From assembly GCF_018977255.1 (NCBI RefSeq), contig NW_024704747.1:806001-870000 (forward strand): DNA of 64,000 nt, in the 5' to 3' direction. Each line of letters starts with the position of its first letter. Positions within the stretch are counted from its first letter, which is position 1. The notes below the pieces were generated by a model. The model searched no databases, was not told the origin of the DNA, and saw nothing but the letters and a program-made list of their open reading frames with translations. Shown one piece after another: positions 37,851 to 51,100 of the stretch. The DNA comes from Callorhinchus milii (Eukaryota). The translations under genes and the position numbers were made by a program.

Positions 37851-40800
37851 TGGTAACGTTTGAATTTAACGCCCCAATTATTTTCTTTAAGATCTTTTCT
37901 TCCGTAGTTTCGAAAGCACTGAGCCTAAATTGGCCAGTCTGCTACCCACTGGAGGCATTGCTTGATATTGGGCGACCTTTGGGCTCGTATCCTGGTTGGC
38001 TCTGGGCTACAAACCTATTTTAATTTCTGCCAAACCCTGACCTATTTTGTTCGCCCAGAGCGTTTGTTGGGACGCAAAGTACAGTGCTGGAGGCAGAGTC
38101 CATTTGGGGGTTTCAAGAGGGAAGTAGACCAGAACATGAAGGCTTGAGAGGCGTGAAAGGCGTGTGGGGTGGGGTCGTCAACTCTGTTTGGAATATTCCG
38201 GGAGGTTTTAATCCCAGGACGTGATCCTGTCAAGAACTGAGTTGCTCCAAAACAAAACTCACGACGGAACGACACAAAAATCATCCGTTTCGAAAAATGC
38301 TTCTGTTCCTTTTGGAAAGTGCAAAACACTGTGATTGCTTGTGAGCCAGGGTTACGTTTGGTCACTATCATAAAATGAGACAGCATTCGCTTTACGGAAG
38401 TTAGATAAGGTACACCATCATTAAACCAATAAGATGGTTGAGAGAGGGCAAGCCTGTGTTGCTTTGACATTTCAAACTAGATTATACTCTCCAGGTGTGT
38501 ATGAAACAAATGAGAAGCCGATTACAGGATAAATGGGATGTCCTCCCGACGAGAAAGGTGCTATACGAATGTAATTTTGTTGTTGTTGTAAATCTGATTC
38601 ACCATTCAATATTTATTCTGAGGATTCCCAAGGATTGTTCTCCCGGGTCACTCGCAGCAGTGTCCAGGAGAGTCATCTTTAATTCCTGAGAGACTGATCT
38701 CTATTGACTGAAACTTGATTGTGTTGTGAAGCTGTTTCATTTTCAGTTGGGAGTTAAGCGGCTGCAAATACCCTTAGGGGAATTATCCCATTACTTGGCA
38801 GTCTTGCGGAAGCTATCCCTTTTCCAGGGAGGGTAACGAGGCTTGAACGAGGTCCTCTCAAAAAGCCAGGGGCCTCACAATAGAGAAAATAAATCATCAA
38901 TCTCACCAGAGTGAGTGAGTGCACAGTTTCCTCTCTCCCCATCTTCTTTAGACTATGGATTTGCTTCCACGCCAACAATCAAAGATCCCAATCTGCCAAA
39001 ATCCTCCAGATTAGTCGATCACTTTCTGACTGAGAGCAGGATCTTGCTGCCATGCAATGTTAGCTGGCGCGACTGCTTGTAAATAGAACCACTACTACAA
39101 CTTGCATTTATAGAGCGCCGACCATTCGGGATGGAGGTGGGTGACCGTAAGCATGGTCAAAGAGGAAAGTCTTCAGGCGCTAAATACATAAAAGAATAAA
39201 ATTTAAGCTTGATAGCAATACCCCATGAAGTCTTTAGGACGTTTTGCAGTGACAAGCCCTGTATCAGATGCAATGATTAACAGTATTAAAGGGGACTTGT
39301 GTTCACTTCATGAAGCAAGTGTTCGTTCAGCTGTGCTTTATTTGCAAGCACAGAATGCAAAAGCTCTTTCACCCTTAAAGATAAAATGAATCCTTGTTCT
39401 TCTCTCCCCCCCCCCCCCACTCCCCATGTTAAACAGTTAACCAATTACTTCCCTCCGCACAGACAGTGCTCATCTTTTAAGGGGGATTTCTTCTGCTTTA
39501 AGTAATTTGATCGCAGTTTACGGAGTGGGGGGTAGGGCGGGCGGGGAGAGGGAGATGTACAGAGAGACAAAGCACAATCTTCCACCTTGTGTCCGCAGGA
39601 GCGATGGGACTGAGCAGAGCAAATAAGACACAGATCAGACCAGAATAGGAATCAGTTGCAGCTGGTACAGTACACAAGGATGGCATTCACAATCTCCAAC
39701 CCCTCAGGTTTCCCCTTCATTGTTAGAACCATTTTACGCTCCGGGATGCTAACCCCTCGTGAAGAGCACTATATAAATGCTAGCTGTTGTATGTCAATGC
39801 TCGTTCGATCGCGCTCTTATCTCTGGGTCAAGACATCTGGGTAATATCTCACAGTCTAGATTGGCAGCTCCCAGTTCAGTGTGAGGCGGAGGAGGCAAGC
39901 ACTGCACTGCCAGATTAAATTAATGTCCTGCCGTTAAAGATCCTGCAATGCTGTTCGAAGAGAGAAGTGGAGGATGCTCTTCCAGATCTAAAGGTCACTC
40001 ATCTCATGGCTGCCTTATTTGCCTGCAATTATCCAGTCACTACACTTGACTACAATCACTGTATACCACGGTGAGACGTTCTGATGTAATAAGGAGCTCT
40101 GATTGTGCACAAGCTTAAGGCTGTGGCAGTGAGGAAGTGACTTCAAGGCATCAACAGTGTAAGCTTCTCATACAACAACCAAGAGGTAATCCAAGAGAAG
40201 GCAAGCACTAGGAGACACCACAGGGATCAGATATAGAGATGAAAGTTGAACAGTGAAGTAAAATTGTTTATTACTAGTGATCAGAGTCATTCACTGATGT
40301 GCAAACAGGGTTACAAAATGCATTTTGGATAAAATAACACACCTTATTGAGAGAAACATACAAAACACATCCAAAACAGGCCACCTTTAAACTGACTGAG
40401 TGAAGGGTTGGTTGGGGGACAAGGTAGGAGAATGGGGGTATTTATTCAGGATCAGCTAAACATTCAGGTGGGGTAAAGGAAGTCAGGACTACAAAAGATG
40501 AGGTCCTGAGGGAGAGGGGAAATAAGAGAATCCTTCAGTTACAAAGGGGGGAATCATTATTCCATTCCTATACAGTCAACTTCCTAATGAGAGTCCAAAG
40601 GTTTTGAGTGCGATTTGGTGAAGGTCTGGGATATGTGGTGTTCTCAAAGTTTCCACGGGGGAACTAGGTACAAAGAATGGTCTAAACCAGGCCAGTGAAG
40701 ACATGAGAGAGAGAGAGAGAGAGAGAGGGAGATAAGGGGATGACAGAAAGGGAAGACAACTCTTGGGACAAGAAGTTTGGCCAGGCCATGCATAGATTCC

Positions 40801-43086
40801 CCACTGTTTTTGGTTAAGCAGAATTCGAAAACGGAAACCCTTTCAGTGGCAAAGCAATGAGAAGCTGCATTGCTGCGATGGAGACAGAGCGAGAGAGGTT
40901 TCTGGGTGTGAGGACATGGTCTTTGGCTGCTGAACGCTGCAAAGGCAGGAGACATCAAGTCAAGTCAACCTATTGCATGTGACAACTATTTGTAAGCATT
41001 TACATGGAAACCTAACAGGCTGTGCAAATGTCTGTTTAGTGCAGAGTCTGAAATAACTTTGAGAGTACAATGCACCCTCGTACACCAATGGAACTCGCTC
41101 ACCAAACATACACTCACTCTCACATTGCTTTTCGCTGCACTGAAATCACTTACATCCTTAGAGGCCATCCTTTGGATGAGACGTTAAACTGTGGTCTTCT
41201 CTGCTTATTCTGGTGGACATTCGTATGTAAGAAGATGGTCCCAGGGCACCGCACTGCCAACACGTACCCTAAACCACCCACCAGCCTCATTGAAACACTC
41301 TTCTCTGTCCTGGGAGATGCTCACAGTTTGCCATGTCTATCTGCTATGGTGGGATCCTATAGGACTATCGAGATTCAATCTTCCAAAGCCAACAGTGGAG
41401 CCGCTAAACAAGATAAGTAACCACACAACAATAATAATAATATTCCTTGTATTTGGTATCACATAATTGAAGTGTCTCAAAGTGCTTGCTTTACATGATT
41501 TACTGTACAGTGAAGTGACTGAGTATTTGTAGGTGAATGCAAACGGGGATGGGGAGAATAAGGGGGCAAATACGCAAGGGGTATGGGGAGAGGGGAACGG
41601 TGAATTGGTGAGGAGTGAGTCAGTGAGAAGCCAACAGCCAGTGTGTCCCGAGCAGTAGAGAGATAGCTGCATAGATGAGAAGAACAAAGTACTTTTCCTT
41701 CAGTTGAGATGCTTTGCTGATCAATGTCGCCAGGTGATGGGCCCCCGGGGTGATGGACATTCAAGGAAAGGCAGGAAGGCCAGTTCAATAAAGCAAGCTG
41801 GAACCTGAGCTGTTCCTGTCTCTCCCCAAACCTGCTCTGTGTCCTCACCTGCCGATTGCTAGACAGAGCAATGCAAAGCTGAGGCATTGGGGGAACGTGA
41901 GGCAGAACCTGACTGACCCTGGGCAGGTGATATGGTCCGAGCCGAAGAGAACGAAAGCAACGAGAGCAAGTGGAAGACAGCAAAGCCGAGAGAGTCAGAG
42001 AAAGAGGGAAGGAGAGACTCCGGGTTTCTCCTCCTACTCCAGAGTGAGACCAGATTGATGCACTGTCCAGAGAGGGCAAATGCAAGAGGAGTAATGGAAG
42101 AGAGTGAGGGAGGAGGGGGGGAAAGGGTTACGCAACATAGCAAGACATTTCAAAGCCCTTTATTTACAAAATTAACCCAGTTTAGCCTGCCTCCCCTCAT
42201 TCCCTCTCTACGCACACACCACTCACACGCACTCACTCACTCTTACTTAAGGCCGTGTGTCTTGGTAATAAAAGTTGTTAAAATTTCAGACACACAAAAA
42301 ACAATTTCTTTAAACCAATAAAAACTGTAGGAAAGCTTGTAGGAAAGTGCTCAATTGTACAGCTCGGCACTTTCAGAAGTTGGAAGATAAAATAAATTAA
42401 GTTGATATCAAGAACCATTGAACTGACCCGAAATCTGGACCTCAAAACAAATGCTTGTGATTGGCTTCGGGGGGGAACCCACTGCTCGTTTCAGTACACT
42501 AGACCCTGGTATGGAGGCCCAGCTTCCAACAAGACAAGAGGGAAAGGGTAGGAACGCGGGTAGGACAGGCTGCGGGAACTAGGACTGACTGGCAATCGGT
42601 CTGGGAGTCACCACAGTTACACACTAAGCTGGGAGTTGCTTTCACTCAGATGTCCCCTCAAGCCTGTCTGCACATCTCATGGACACTGATGTAAGCGAGA
42701 CATTGGGGAGGTTTCCTACAAATGAGGCATTTGAAATACAAAGACTCCTGTGGGTCCCGGCAACTCTCAGGCTGACCTTCCAGTACCCGCTCTGTCGCCC
42801 AGCTCATCCCTGGATTCTGTGAAGCCGGACTGTGCCCGCAGGAAGCTCCCAACCATCCGGTGGGAGTTCCAAGCCCAGGACACGGCTAGGAACCTACGAT
42901 TTACACGTCAATTTGCTGATCTTACAAATTACTCCCTCCCCGGGCATCTGAACGAGGTAACAAAACGGACCCCGAGAGACAAGCACAAGACTTACTGAGG
43001 CTCTCTTCTCCCTCAAAGTTCTGGAAGAGTTTTTGAGCTAAACTTTTCTTTCTTTTTCTCTTTCTTTCTTTCCTCTCTCGCTCTCT

Positions 43087-44163
43087 CTAGACAGCAGACG
43101 TCTGATCCAAAGATGGACCACCCTTGCCCGACAGGCTTCCCGAGACATTGTCGGAGTCCAGCAGCTCCACGATGCTGTAGGGTGAGCAGTCCTCCAGGCC
43201 CAGCTTGCTGCAGAGCCAGCCGCAGAAGCCCTTCTCCAGGTCCCGCACGGCCTGCCACCACTCGCCCAGGGACCAGGAGACCTGGGTCACCATGGTGTAG
43301 AGCCCAAGTGAAGCCGAGGTGGCCACGATCAGCACCGGGTACAGGATGATCAGGAGCGGACACACGGTCACCTTGTGCCAGAAGGTCCGCTCCTCGTTGT
43401 ACACCAGGAAGATGTTGTACCAGGCGATGGTGCCGTAGTAGAAGGACATGACGAAGGAGAGGACAAAGATCACTGGGGCACAAAGCAGGCTCCACAGGAC
43501 CACGTGTGGCCCTCGCCTGGGCCCCACGTCACATGGTTTCCTCTCGCTCTCCTCCTTGCTCCGCGGAGGCTCCTTGCACTTGGCCAGCTCCTGCAGTTCC
43601 TTCTCAGTAAGTGTCACATGGATGTCCACCATCTGCCCCTTCTTCTTCCCCCTAGTGATGGTCCCAGTCAGGGTCACGTACCTACTGTCTGCGGGAATGT
43701 TCCAGGCACCTGCATGCAAGGAGAGATTGTTAATTACACTGGATCACCAGATGGGGAGGGCTAGATAACAACAACAACTTTCATTTATACAGCGCCCTCC
43801 ACACTGTCCATCTAGAGCCATATAGAAACACTGGAACATAGGAACAGGGAGGAGACTATTCATTCTATTAGTTCATGGCTGATCTGTACCTCAACTCCAA
43901 ATAAGTCAGCCCCAAGTACCTTCAGGAGGAGTGAGAAAGTTGGTCCTTTCCTCTGTGCTCTTGGCTGTGGAGTCCGGGTCACCCTGATCTTCCTCTACCT
44001 TCTCACTCTCCGAGCGGTAGATTATAATGGACTCAGGTCTGGGCTCTTTTTTCCTCTTCTTCTTCCGTTCCATAATGGCCTCCCCCGGCTGGTCCAGGTT
44101 GACTGCCGGTTGGCCAGCTCTGCGGTGGGAGGCTGGTTCCGGGCTGGCACTGCTTTGGGGCAT
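43087..44163 (-). CDS. TMEM169: Transmembrane protein 169; exons 43920-44163 and 43087-43709; 288 aa
   Basis: RKKKRKKEPRPESIIIYRS; SRYVTLTGTITRGKKKGQMVDIHVTLTEKELQEL; EKGFCGWLCSKLGLEDCSPYSIVELL. Phase-1 GT-AG intron. Same orientation as XRCC5, as in mammals. Confidence 0.93.
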
Positions 44164-45499
44164 CCCCACCTGCCGCTCGTCACACAACCAGAGACGTTAC
44201 TTTGACGGAGAGGCCAACCTTCACTCTGCATATGCCCTTGAGCCGCTGAAACTACCAACACACACTCACCACTGGGAACTGGAAGACATGAAAGAAAAAA
44301 TATTGTGTGCTTTTCCCTCCTGATCATGCCTGCGCTGATGCTCGCCCCCCCCTGGAGCTCTCTACTCTAACCCCGTTCCCTGCTCTCTCTCTCCTCCCAT
44401 CGTGTCTGTGCTGGTGCTCCTTCCCCCACTGGAGCTCTCTACTCTAATCCCATTCCCTGTGTTCCCCCACTTGAGCTCTCGTCTCAAGGTCAATCCACTT
44501 TACAGTATATTCTGTAAAGCACTTTGAGATATCTCAACGATGTACTGAGGCACTATATGAAATGCAAGGATTATTATAGGCTTATTATTATAGACACGCC
44601 TACACCCCAGAAGGGTTAGATGCCAACAAGGACAGCATCTGGCTTGGCTGTGATGCCCCCTCCATGTTGTTGAACTGCCTGGACAACACGAGCCGTGAAT
44701 AGCAAGCACGTGGGCGAGGAACCAGACTACACCCATGTAACCGACCCACGATGGGTAGAAAAAGTAGTCAAACACCTTCAAAAAAGGAGGGGAGAAAATC
44801 GTCAGGCTGGGAGGAAACAAATGGGCATTGTGTTTATTTATTGAGGAACAGGAAAGAAAATGAATCAGCACAGCTTTTGCTTATCACACAAGAAATGACA
44901 CACAGTACTTCTGGGTCATTTATTTGTTCCCTCTGTGGGTTTTGGATTAACACCTTTCCTGCGTTAATGGTCAGGTGAAGGGTTAAAGGAGTCATTGCAT
45001 GGGAGAAGAGATTGATGTTTAAAACATCTGAGGGGTCGCGAGGAGAGGAGTGAGTCTGTCCATGCACAGGGGCCATTCAAGATTGGTGAGGGTTAAAACT
45101 GACCATGCAAGGGTAGTAAGGGTTAAAGATACCATACTTAGGGAGGGCGGAAGGTGGGGTTTAAAGTGGTCCAAACAAGGGAAGGGTGGTGTGTAAAGAT
45201 GACTACACATGGGGGGGGGGGGGGGGGGGGGGGGGGTAATAGTTAAAGATACCCTGCATAAAGCTGGAGTTGATCTTTAAACCAGTCCGTACAAGAGAGA
45301 TGGGTGGGGGGGGCAGCAAATCAGACTCTGATAAAAAGGGATGGGTTGAGGTTTAAAGGGATCTTCGGATTAGCCAGGGATGTTGTGGGGGTTCAAAGCA
45401 GCCCTCTGCACAGGGTGGGGTCCTAATGCAAAGCTCCGTCCACAGCCCACAGCCATGGAATTCCTCAGATCCTCCCCAGTAAAGCAGCACACAAATCAT

Positions 45500-45850
45500 T
45501 GCCATCCACCACTAACCTGCGGTGAAATCCGGCTTGAAACCCTCATTGCAATCACCAACTCTCCTTGTTGCACAGGGTTAGGCAAGGTGCGCTGGTCCAG
45601 CTGGTGCTGCATCTCCTCCCCCCCCGGTGCTGTGTGTGTGTGTGTGTGCAGAGGTTACATTCCAGCTGCAAGCCTCCAATGCAGCTAATTGCCAGTCTGT
45701 TAGCGGAGCTGCAGGGGCGCCCGCGCGCATGCGCTGGTACTCGGCTGCGTGATTGACATGCGGGTCTCAGGAACGAGGCGCTGGGCGGCCATCTTTGTAA
45801 AGGAGACCGCGTCGGTGAACCCCCACATTAACAATGCCGCAGGGAGGCCA
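45500..45850 (-). promoter_or_regulatory. Probable TMEM169 promoter and non-coding first exon
   Basis: NRF1 palindrome GCGCATGCGC ~45725-45734, YY1 GGCCATCTT ~45787, CpG cluster, candidate minus-strand donor near 45516. Confidence 0.5.
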
Positions 45851-47199
45851 TGTTCGGAAAGGAGACTGTCAGTGCACAGGAGCAACAGCACTGTCCCGCA
45901 CGCCACTGTGAGCACAATTCAACGGCTAAGCTCTTGGTTAGATTGACCACAGCGGCTCTTGTTTCTCCTGTACGTCGGAAACAAATAACAATAAGAACTC
46001 ACATTTTTATAGCACCTTATCATGTCAAAACTTCTCGAAGCACATCAGATAATTGTTTTCAATGTTTGGGGACATCACTGCATTTACCTACAAAAACATC
46101 ACTTGAGTTACAGGACAGCGTCTCTGACAGTGCGACACTCCCCCGGTATTGGACTGCAGTGTCATCTTACATTCTGATCTTAACATTCCCACTTGAACCC
46201 TGACCTTCTAACCAGGAAAAAAGTACAATCAACTGAGTCAAACTGATGGAAATCAGCCAGTTCTGCACCACGTGCTGTAGCACCCACTAATTAAAGACAA
46301 ATGTCAAGCTGACTTGGGAAGCAATGTATGCTAATGCCAATTAAACAAACCATGAAACGCATGGTCACTCTTGTTGGGATATATAAGTTAAATGGGCATG
46401 TGGTGTCAACTCCAAAAAGGGAGAGCACTACTGAACCTTGTTTGTTGTGGCTAAAGGCTTGAAGATATTGTTCTATAAACAATTCTGCAGTTTTATCAGA
46501 TTGTGGCCTCTATGCTCTATGTGCTTCAAGGATATGAGACCAAACCAGCCAGTAGATGAGAAAAGGGGGACGTAGGGCTTGTACCCAGAACCTTCTGACT
46601 CGGAAGCTAGAGTGCTTCTAAATAATGCATGAGTTCTAAATAATCCTAAACTGAAGACCTCTAGTTACGGACTCACTAGTGACCAGTGGAAATAGTGTAT
46701 CCCTTTTACCTTATCAAAAGTCCTCATCGTTGAAAATGCCCATTTTAACGCTGCTTTGAAGCAAAGACTGACACAAATCCTATCTTAAAAAATGTTTATT
46801 AATTCAGATTAATCATGGTTATAGGTAGTTCAAATACAACAGAATAATGCTTATATGCGCTGCATAGTAAAGCTGTGGGTATCCGTAATTTCGTGTTGGA
46901 TTTGTGAAATTGAATGTATTGGACATTATTGATTAATGTACCCACCACTCTTGTACTAGTCGACCCTGAGACGGTTCCTTTCAACAAGGGTGGTCTCTTT
47001 TTTTTTAGTAGTTTTATTTCAATTATGTTCCACTGCACATTCCGTTTATGAAATATCTTCTTCAGTAAGCCTGAACATCCATTTTCAGACAGAGAGAAAT
47101 GGGAGCGCTCGCAAACTCGAGGTGTCTCTCCCCACCTTCGAGCACCTTGTCTCGCAAGGGTTTCGGCCTCACAATTTCTGGAATGAAAGGCGGCGAACT

Positions 47200-47960
47200 T
47201 TAAACCACCCCACATTCACTGCCAATGCCACGGGGCGGCCATCTTCGTAAAGGAGACGGTTTGGTGTTCGGGTTTACTCATCCAACATTCATCTACAATG
47301 CCGTGCACGACGCTATCTGCGCGTAAAGGGGGAAATGCAATCAGAAACATGACTTCAATGTTTATAACGAGTGAGCGAGAACCGAACACCTTCCAGAATG
47401 AATGCAGGGCGGGCTCCAGTCGGTGTCTCCTTTACAAAGATGGCCGCCGGCCTTGTTTGCCTCGCGCCCCGTGTCCCGCATTGGCAATGGCGCAACCGAC
47501 TGTCAGCGCGGCGGCTCCTCCTCAAGAGCTTGGCCCCCGCCTACCTCCAGTCTGCCACTGAACGGTACTCGGCCACCACTGGGGGGAGACGACCACGACG
47601 GGAGGGCGAGAGAATCGCCACGTGGAAAGCAGTCGGACCGTCGGACTGAGCCCACGTTGCGCCACCGCGCGCGCCACCAAACGACGGTTGGAGGGGGCGG
47701 GGCAGAGGAGGTCGTCAGCGCGCAGGCGCCGGGCGGGGCGGGGCGGGGGAGGCGGGCGAGAGAGAGCGAGTGCGCAGGCGCCGCGGAAGGTGGGCTGGCA
47801 GTGCGCAGGCGCGGCCCGCGCTTTTCTTCCCCGTGCCGCGTGCCTCGCCTCAGCCGTTGGGCGCCATTTTGTCGTCGGTTCCTGGCGGTTGAAGCAACAG
47901 AAACAAGCGTCGACGGTTGCTCCGAGCTGTGGGGAGGCATCACCGAGTCGGAGAAGCCAC
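47200..47960 (+). promoter_or_regulatory. CpG-island promoter upstream of the intermediate-filament-like gene
   Basis: GGGGCGGGGCGGGG GC boxes ~47730-47750; NRF1-like (T)GCGCAGGCGC three times 47720-47812; YY1 motifs at 47237, 47438 (reverse) and 47862. Confidence 0.7.
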
Positions 47961-48114
47961 AGCTCTGAGATCTTTTATTTATTCCATCCATGATATTGTT
48001 TGGAGCTGGCCAGCCAATAATTTAGGTGGAGAGCTTCCCATATCCTCCCCTTCCCTGTCAAACAATTTTATCCACACACTTACACACAAACACACTCGAC
48101 CAGAGGAGCGGAAG

Positions 48115-51100
48115 ATGCACGGGAGCCATACCAAGGGCAGCGCCATGGAGAAATGCTTCCCCGGAGAGAGCGGGCAGCGGGAGGTCCACGACACCCTGTC
48201 AGAGGGGATAGACCGCATGAAGGACCTCAACGACCGCTTCGCCAAGTACATCGACAACGCCATCTTCCCGCTGCAGCGCAAGAACAGGGAGCTGCAGGAG
48301 GAGCTGCAGCTGGCTGAGAAAGAGGAGTACAACAAATCCAGCGCCATCTACAAGCGGGTTCAGTGCGACTTCAAGCTGAGGCTGGATGACCACCAGAAAG
48401 AGGTCAACGCCTTCAAAGCCGAGAAGGAGAAGTTTAAAAAATGGTGAACAAAAATACAGTGCTTACAGATGATAAAACCAAGCTTTCATCCGCTACACCC
48501 CCAACTTTTGTAGCTCTCTCCCCCAATTCCCCCCCCCCCCCATCTTGCCCCCTCTTTCCCTCTTTTAGATCACGACTGAAGACCTTCCTCTTCGACCGTG
48601 TTTACAGTCACCTCCCACCGGCTCAGTGTCAGGCTCTGCCACTGTTAAGCGATCCAACACGATACCCTCCGCCCACCCCATGAAGGATGCTATCAAGTAG
48701 AAAGAGTTCTTATTTTGTGCTTTATTTGCAGCTTTGAGAAGGAGTGCCATCAGAGAAAGGAGTGTGAGAAAGATTTAGAGGAATTGAGAAAGGCAGGTGT
48801 ATTCAAATGTCTTTTTAAAACCTATTTTTGTGGAAATAAAAATCCAGTCACAACATTAATAATCCTTGCATTTGATACAGAGCCTTATCAAGTCATTGAG
48901 ACATCTCAAAGAATATATTGTAAAGTGGATTGACTGTGTATTTTATGGGCAATAGATGGAGATAAAAGGAACTACCTTAAAGGGGAAAATTAGACAGAGG
49001 GAGAAGCAGCTTTGAGGGGAACTGTATGACCATTGTGTAGTTGAACTGCTGAAAATTACCGATTGAGCCATCGTAATGTACAATGAGCAGATTAATAACA
49101 ACAAAATGCCTTCAGTTCAGAATTCAAAATTAGTACAATACTGTAAGAAAATCATAGGTTAATTATTAACAAACTAGTAAAGTAGTATATTATTTGGTGC
49201 TTGCAGAAATACAAATAATAATAGTTGCACTTGATATAATAATACATAATCCTTGTATTTGATATATTGCCTTATCACATTCTCGAGATGCCTCAAAACA
49301 CTTCACAGGATATACTATAAATTTTACTCTATGTAGCTGAGTTTCTCCCCAGATTTCCCTATTATTGCAGCTAGAGTGAATTAATTCAGTCATGTTAATT
49401 TTACAGAAATACGATGAAACCAGTTCTACCTTAGATAAACTTCAACGTAAGATTAAACTTATGGAAGCAAATCTCACCCAACTTCAAGATGTCCGGGAGC
49501 GAGTAAGTACAGCCAAGTACCCTGTTGTTTCTGCTGTCTTGTACAGCGAAGCATCAACAGTTTGTAGTTCAGAGATAATACAATACAAAATTACATTTGT
49601 GTAGTGCCTTTCACTTCGGGAGGACATCCCAAAGATAAATATACCAATAGATAGCTACATTTGTATTATGTTTCAGTATTTTTCTGATTTTTCTCTCCTC
49701 CACACCTACACATTGAGACCAATTGCACCACTACTAATGAGACCAGTTAACTCTGCGCAAACCACGCTTGGCTATCCCGGTCAATTATGAGTTTTTAGTG
49801 CACTCTAGAAGCTGGTTTTAATCTCACTAGCTGAGAGAATAAACAGTACAGCACTTAGTGAGTCTGACATCATTCAGTGATGAGCTGACACACCGCTCCA
49901 CAGACCTCCTTACAAGATGAGAACAGAGTAAAGTGGTCGATGGAGGTGACTTAGAGGGGAGATTTGTGAAGAAATAGCTTTCACCAGCAAGTTACTGAGA
50001 TAATGCAACTAAGATTAAAAATGTTGCAGAGTGTTTTTAAAATACTTAATAGAAGCAAAACCCCAATTACAAGCTTTGTGTTGTTATTTTGCAGGAGCGT
50101 AATTATTGGAAGCATAAAGTGGACCATATCCAAAATCTGGAATCGATTGATACTTTCAAAGCCGACCTTGAGCAGTCTTTGAGAGAAATTCGTAATGAAT
50201 ATGAAGAAATTGCTAAAAAGAATAAAGAGCAAATAGAAAGATATAAACAAAAGGTTTGTTCGGAAAGGAGCAACCAAGGCTAGATATTACAAAGCCCCAT
50301 GTTCCTATCTTTGTAATCTCCTCCAGTCTTATTCTCCTGCTCTTCCCTTCCTGGTCTAATACTGTACTGATTCTTTCCTCCCTCCATCTCCAATCAATGA
50401 TGAAAATTTCAACCACCGTGCATGCCCCTGCTCTCTAAAATTCTCTCCCCAAATCCCTTCACCTCAAATCCTCTCGCCCTGCCTTCAAAATCCTCTTTAA
50501 AAATACCTTTGAATCTGCTCTAGTCAAAACCATCACACTTCTCTTCCTTTCCCATAGTCTTTGTAATGTGTTTTGAGATGTTTGTCCTACAGGAAAGATA
50601 TTGCATAAGTACTAATTGTTGTTGATACCAATAGATTGTCACACATACTAAACATATCTAAAACAATTACATGCCTTGAAATCAATTGGCTTTGTATCAT
50701 CTTACTCTTTGTGTAGTCATGACACTCATGACTCACAAAAGACTCTGGTTCTGTTTTTCCCCCATAAGGTAGGAATCTATGGGTTTAAAATCAAGTATTT
50801 TCCAGAACCTTGTTTAATGCATTTTTAAATATAGTAAGATCCCAATTTTCCTCAGTGTTCTGCCCTACAACCTGATCTTCCAAGATTGTCAATGAAAAAC
50901 ACATTCAAGGCTCCAACACTAGATCTCACTGCACAATGGGAATAGTTAGGTGCCTGGCAAACTACTTAAAAATACCAAGGGGATAGAAAATCTCTTCAAA
51001 GAACTCCCTATTTCCTGTACCTGATTATATAGAATTAGCTTTGCAGATGGAACAGAAGGTTCATGGAGACCTGAAGCTGGAAATTCCATCCTGCTAGACC

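Noticed and set aside
43013-43768. Alternative-frame and antisense ORFs over TMEM169 (likewise over TMEM198, 63044-63635)
   Set aside because: Shadows of GC3-rich coding exons.
47402-47993. Overlapping Arg/Gly/Ala-rich ORFs
   Set aside because: Expected stop-codon depletion in a CpG island; no recognisable domain.
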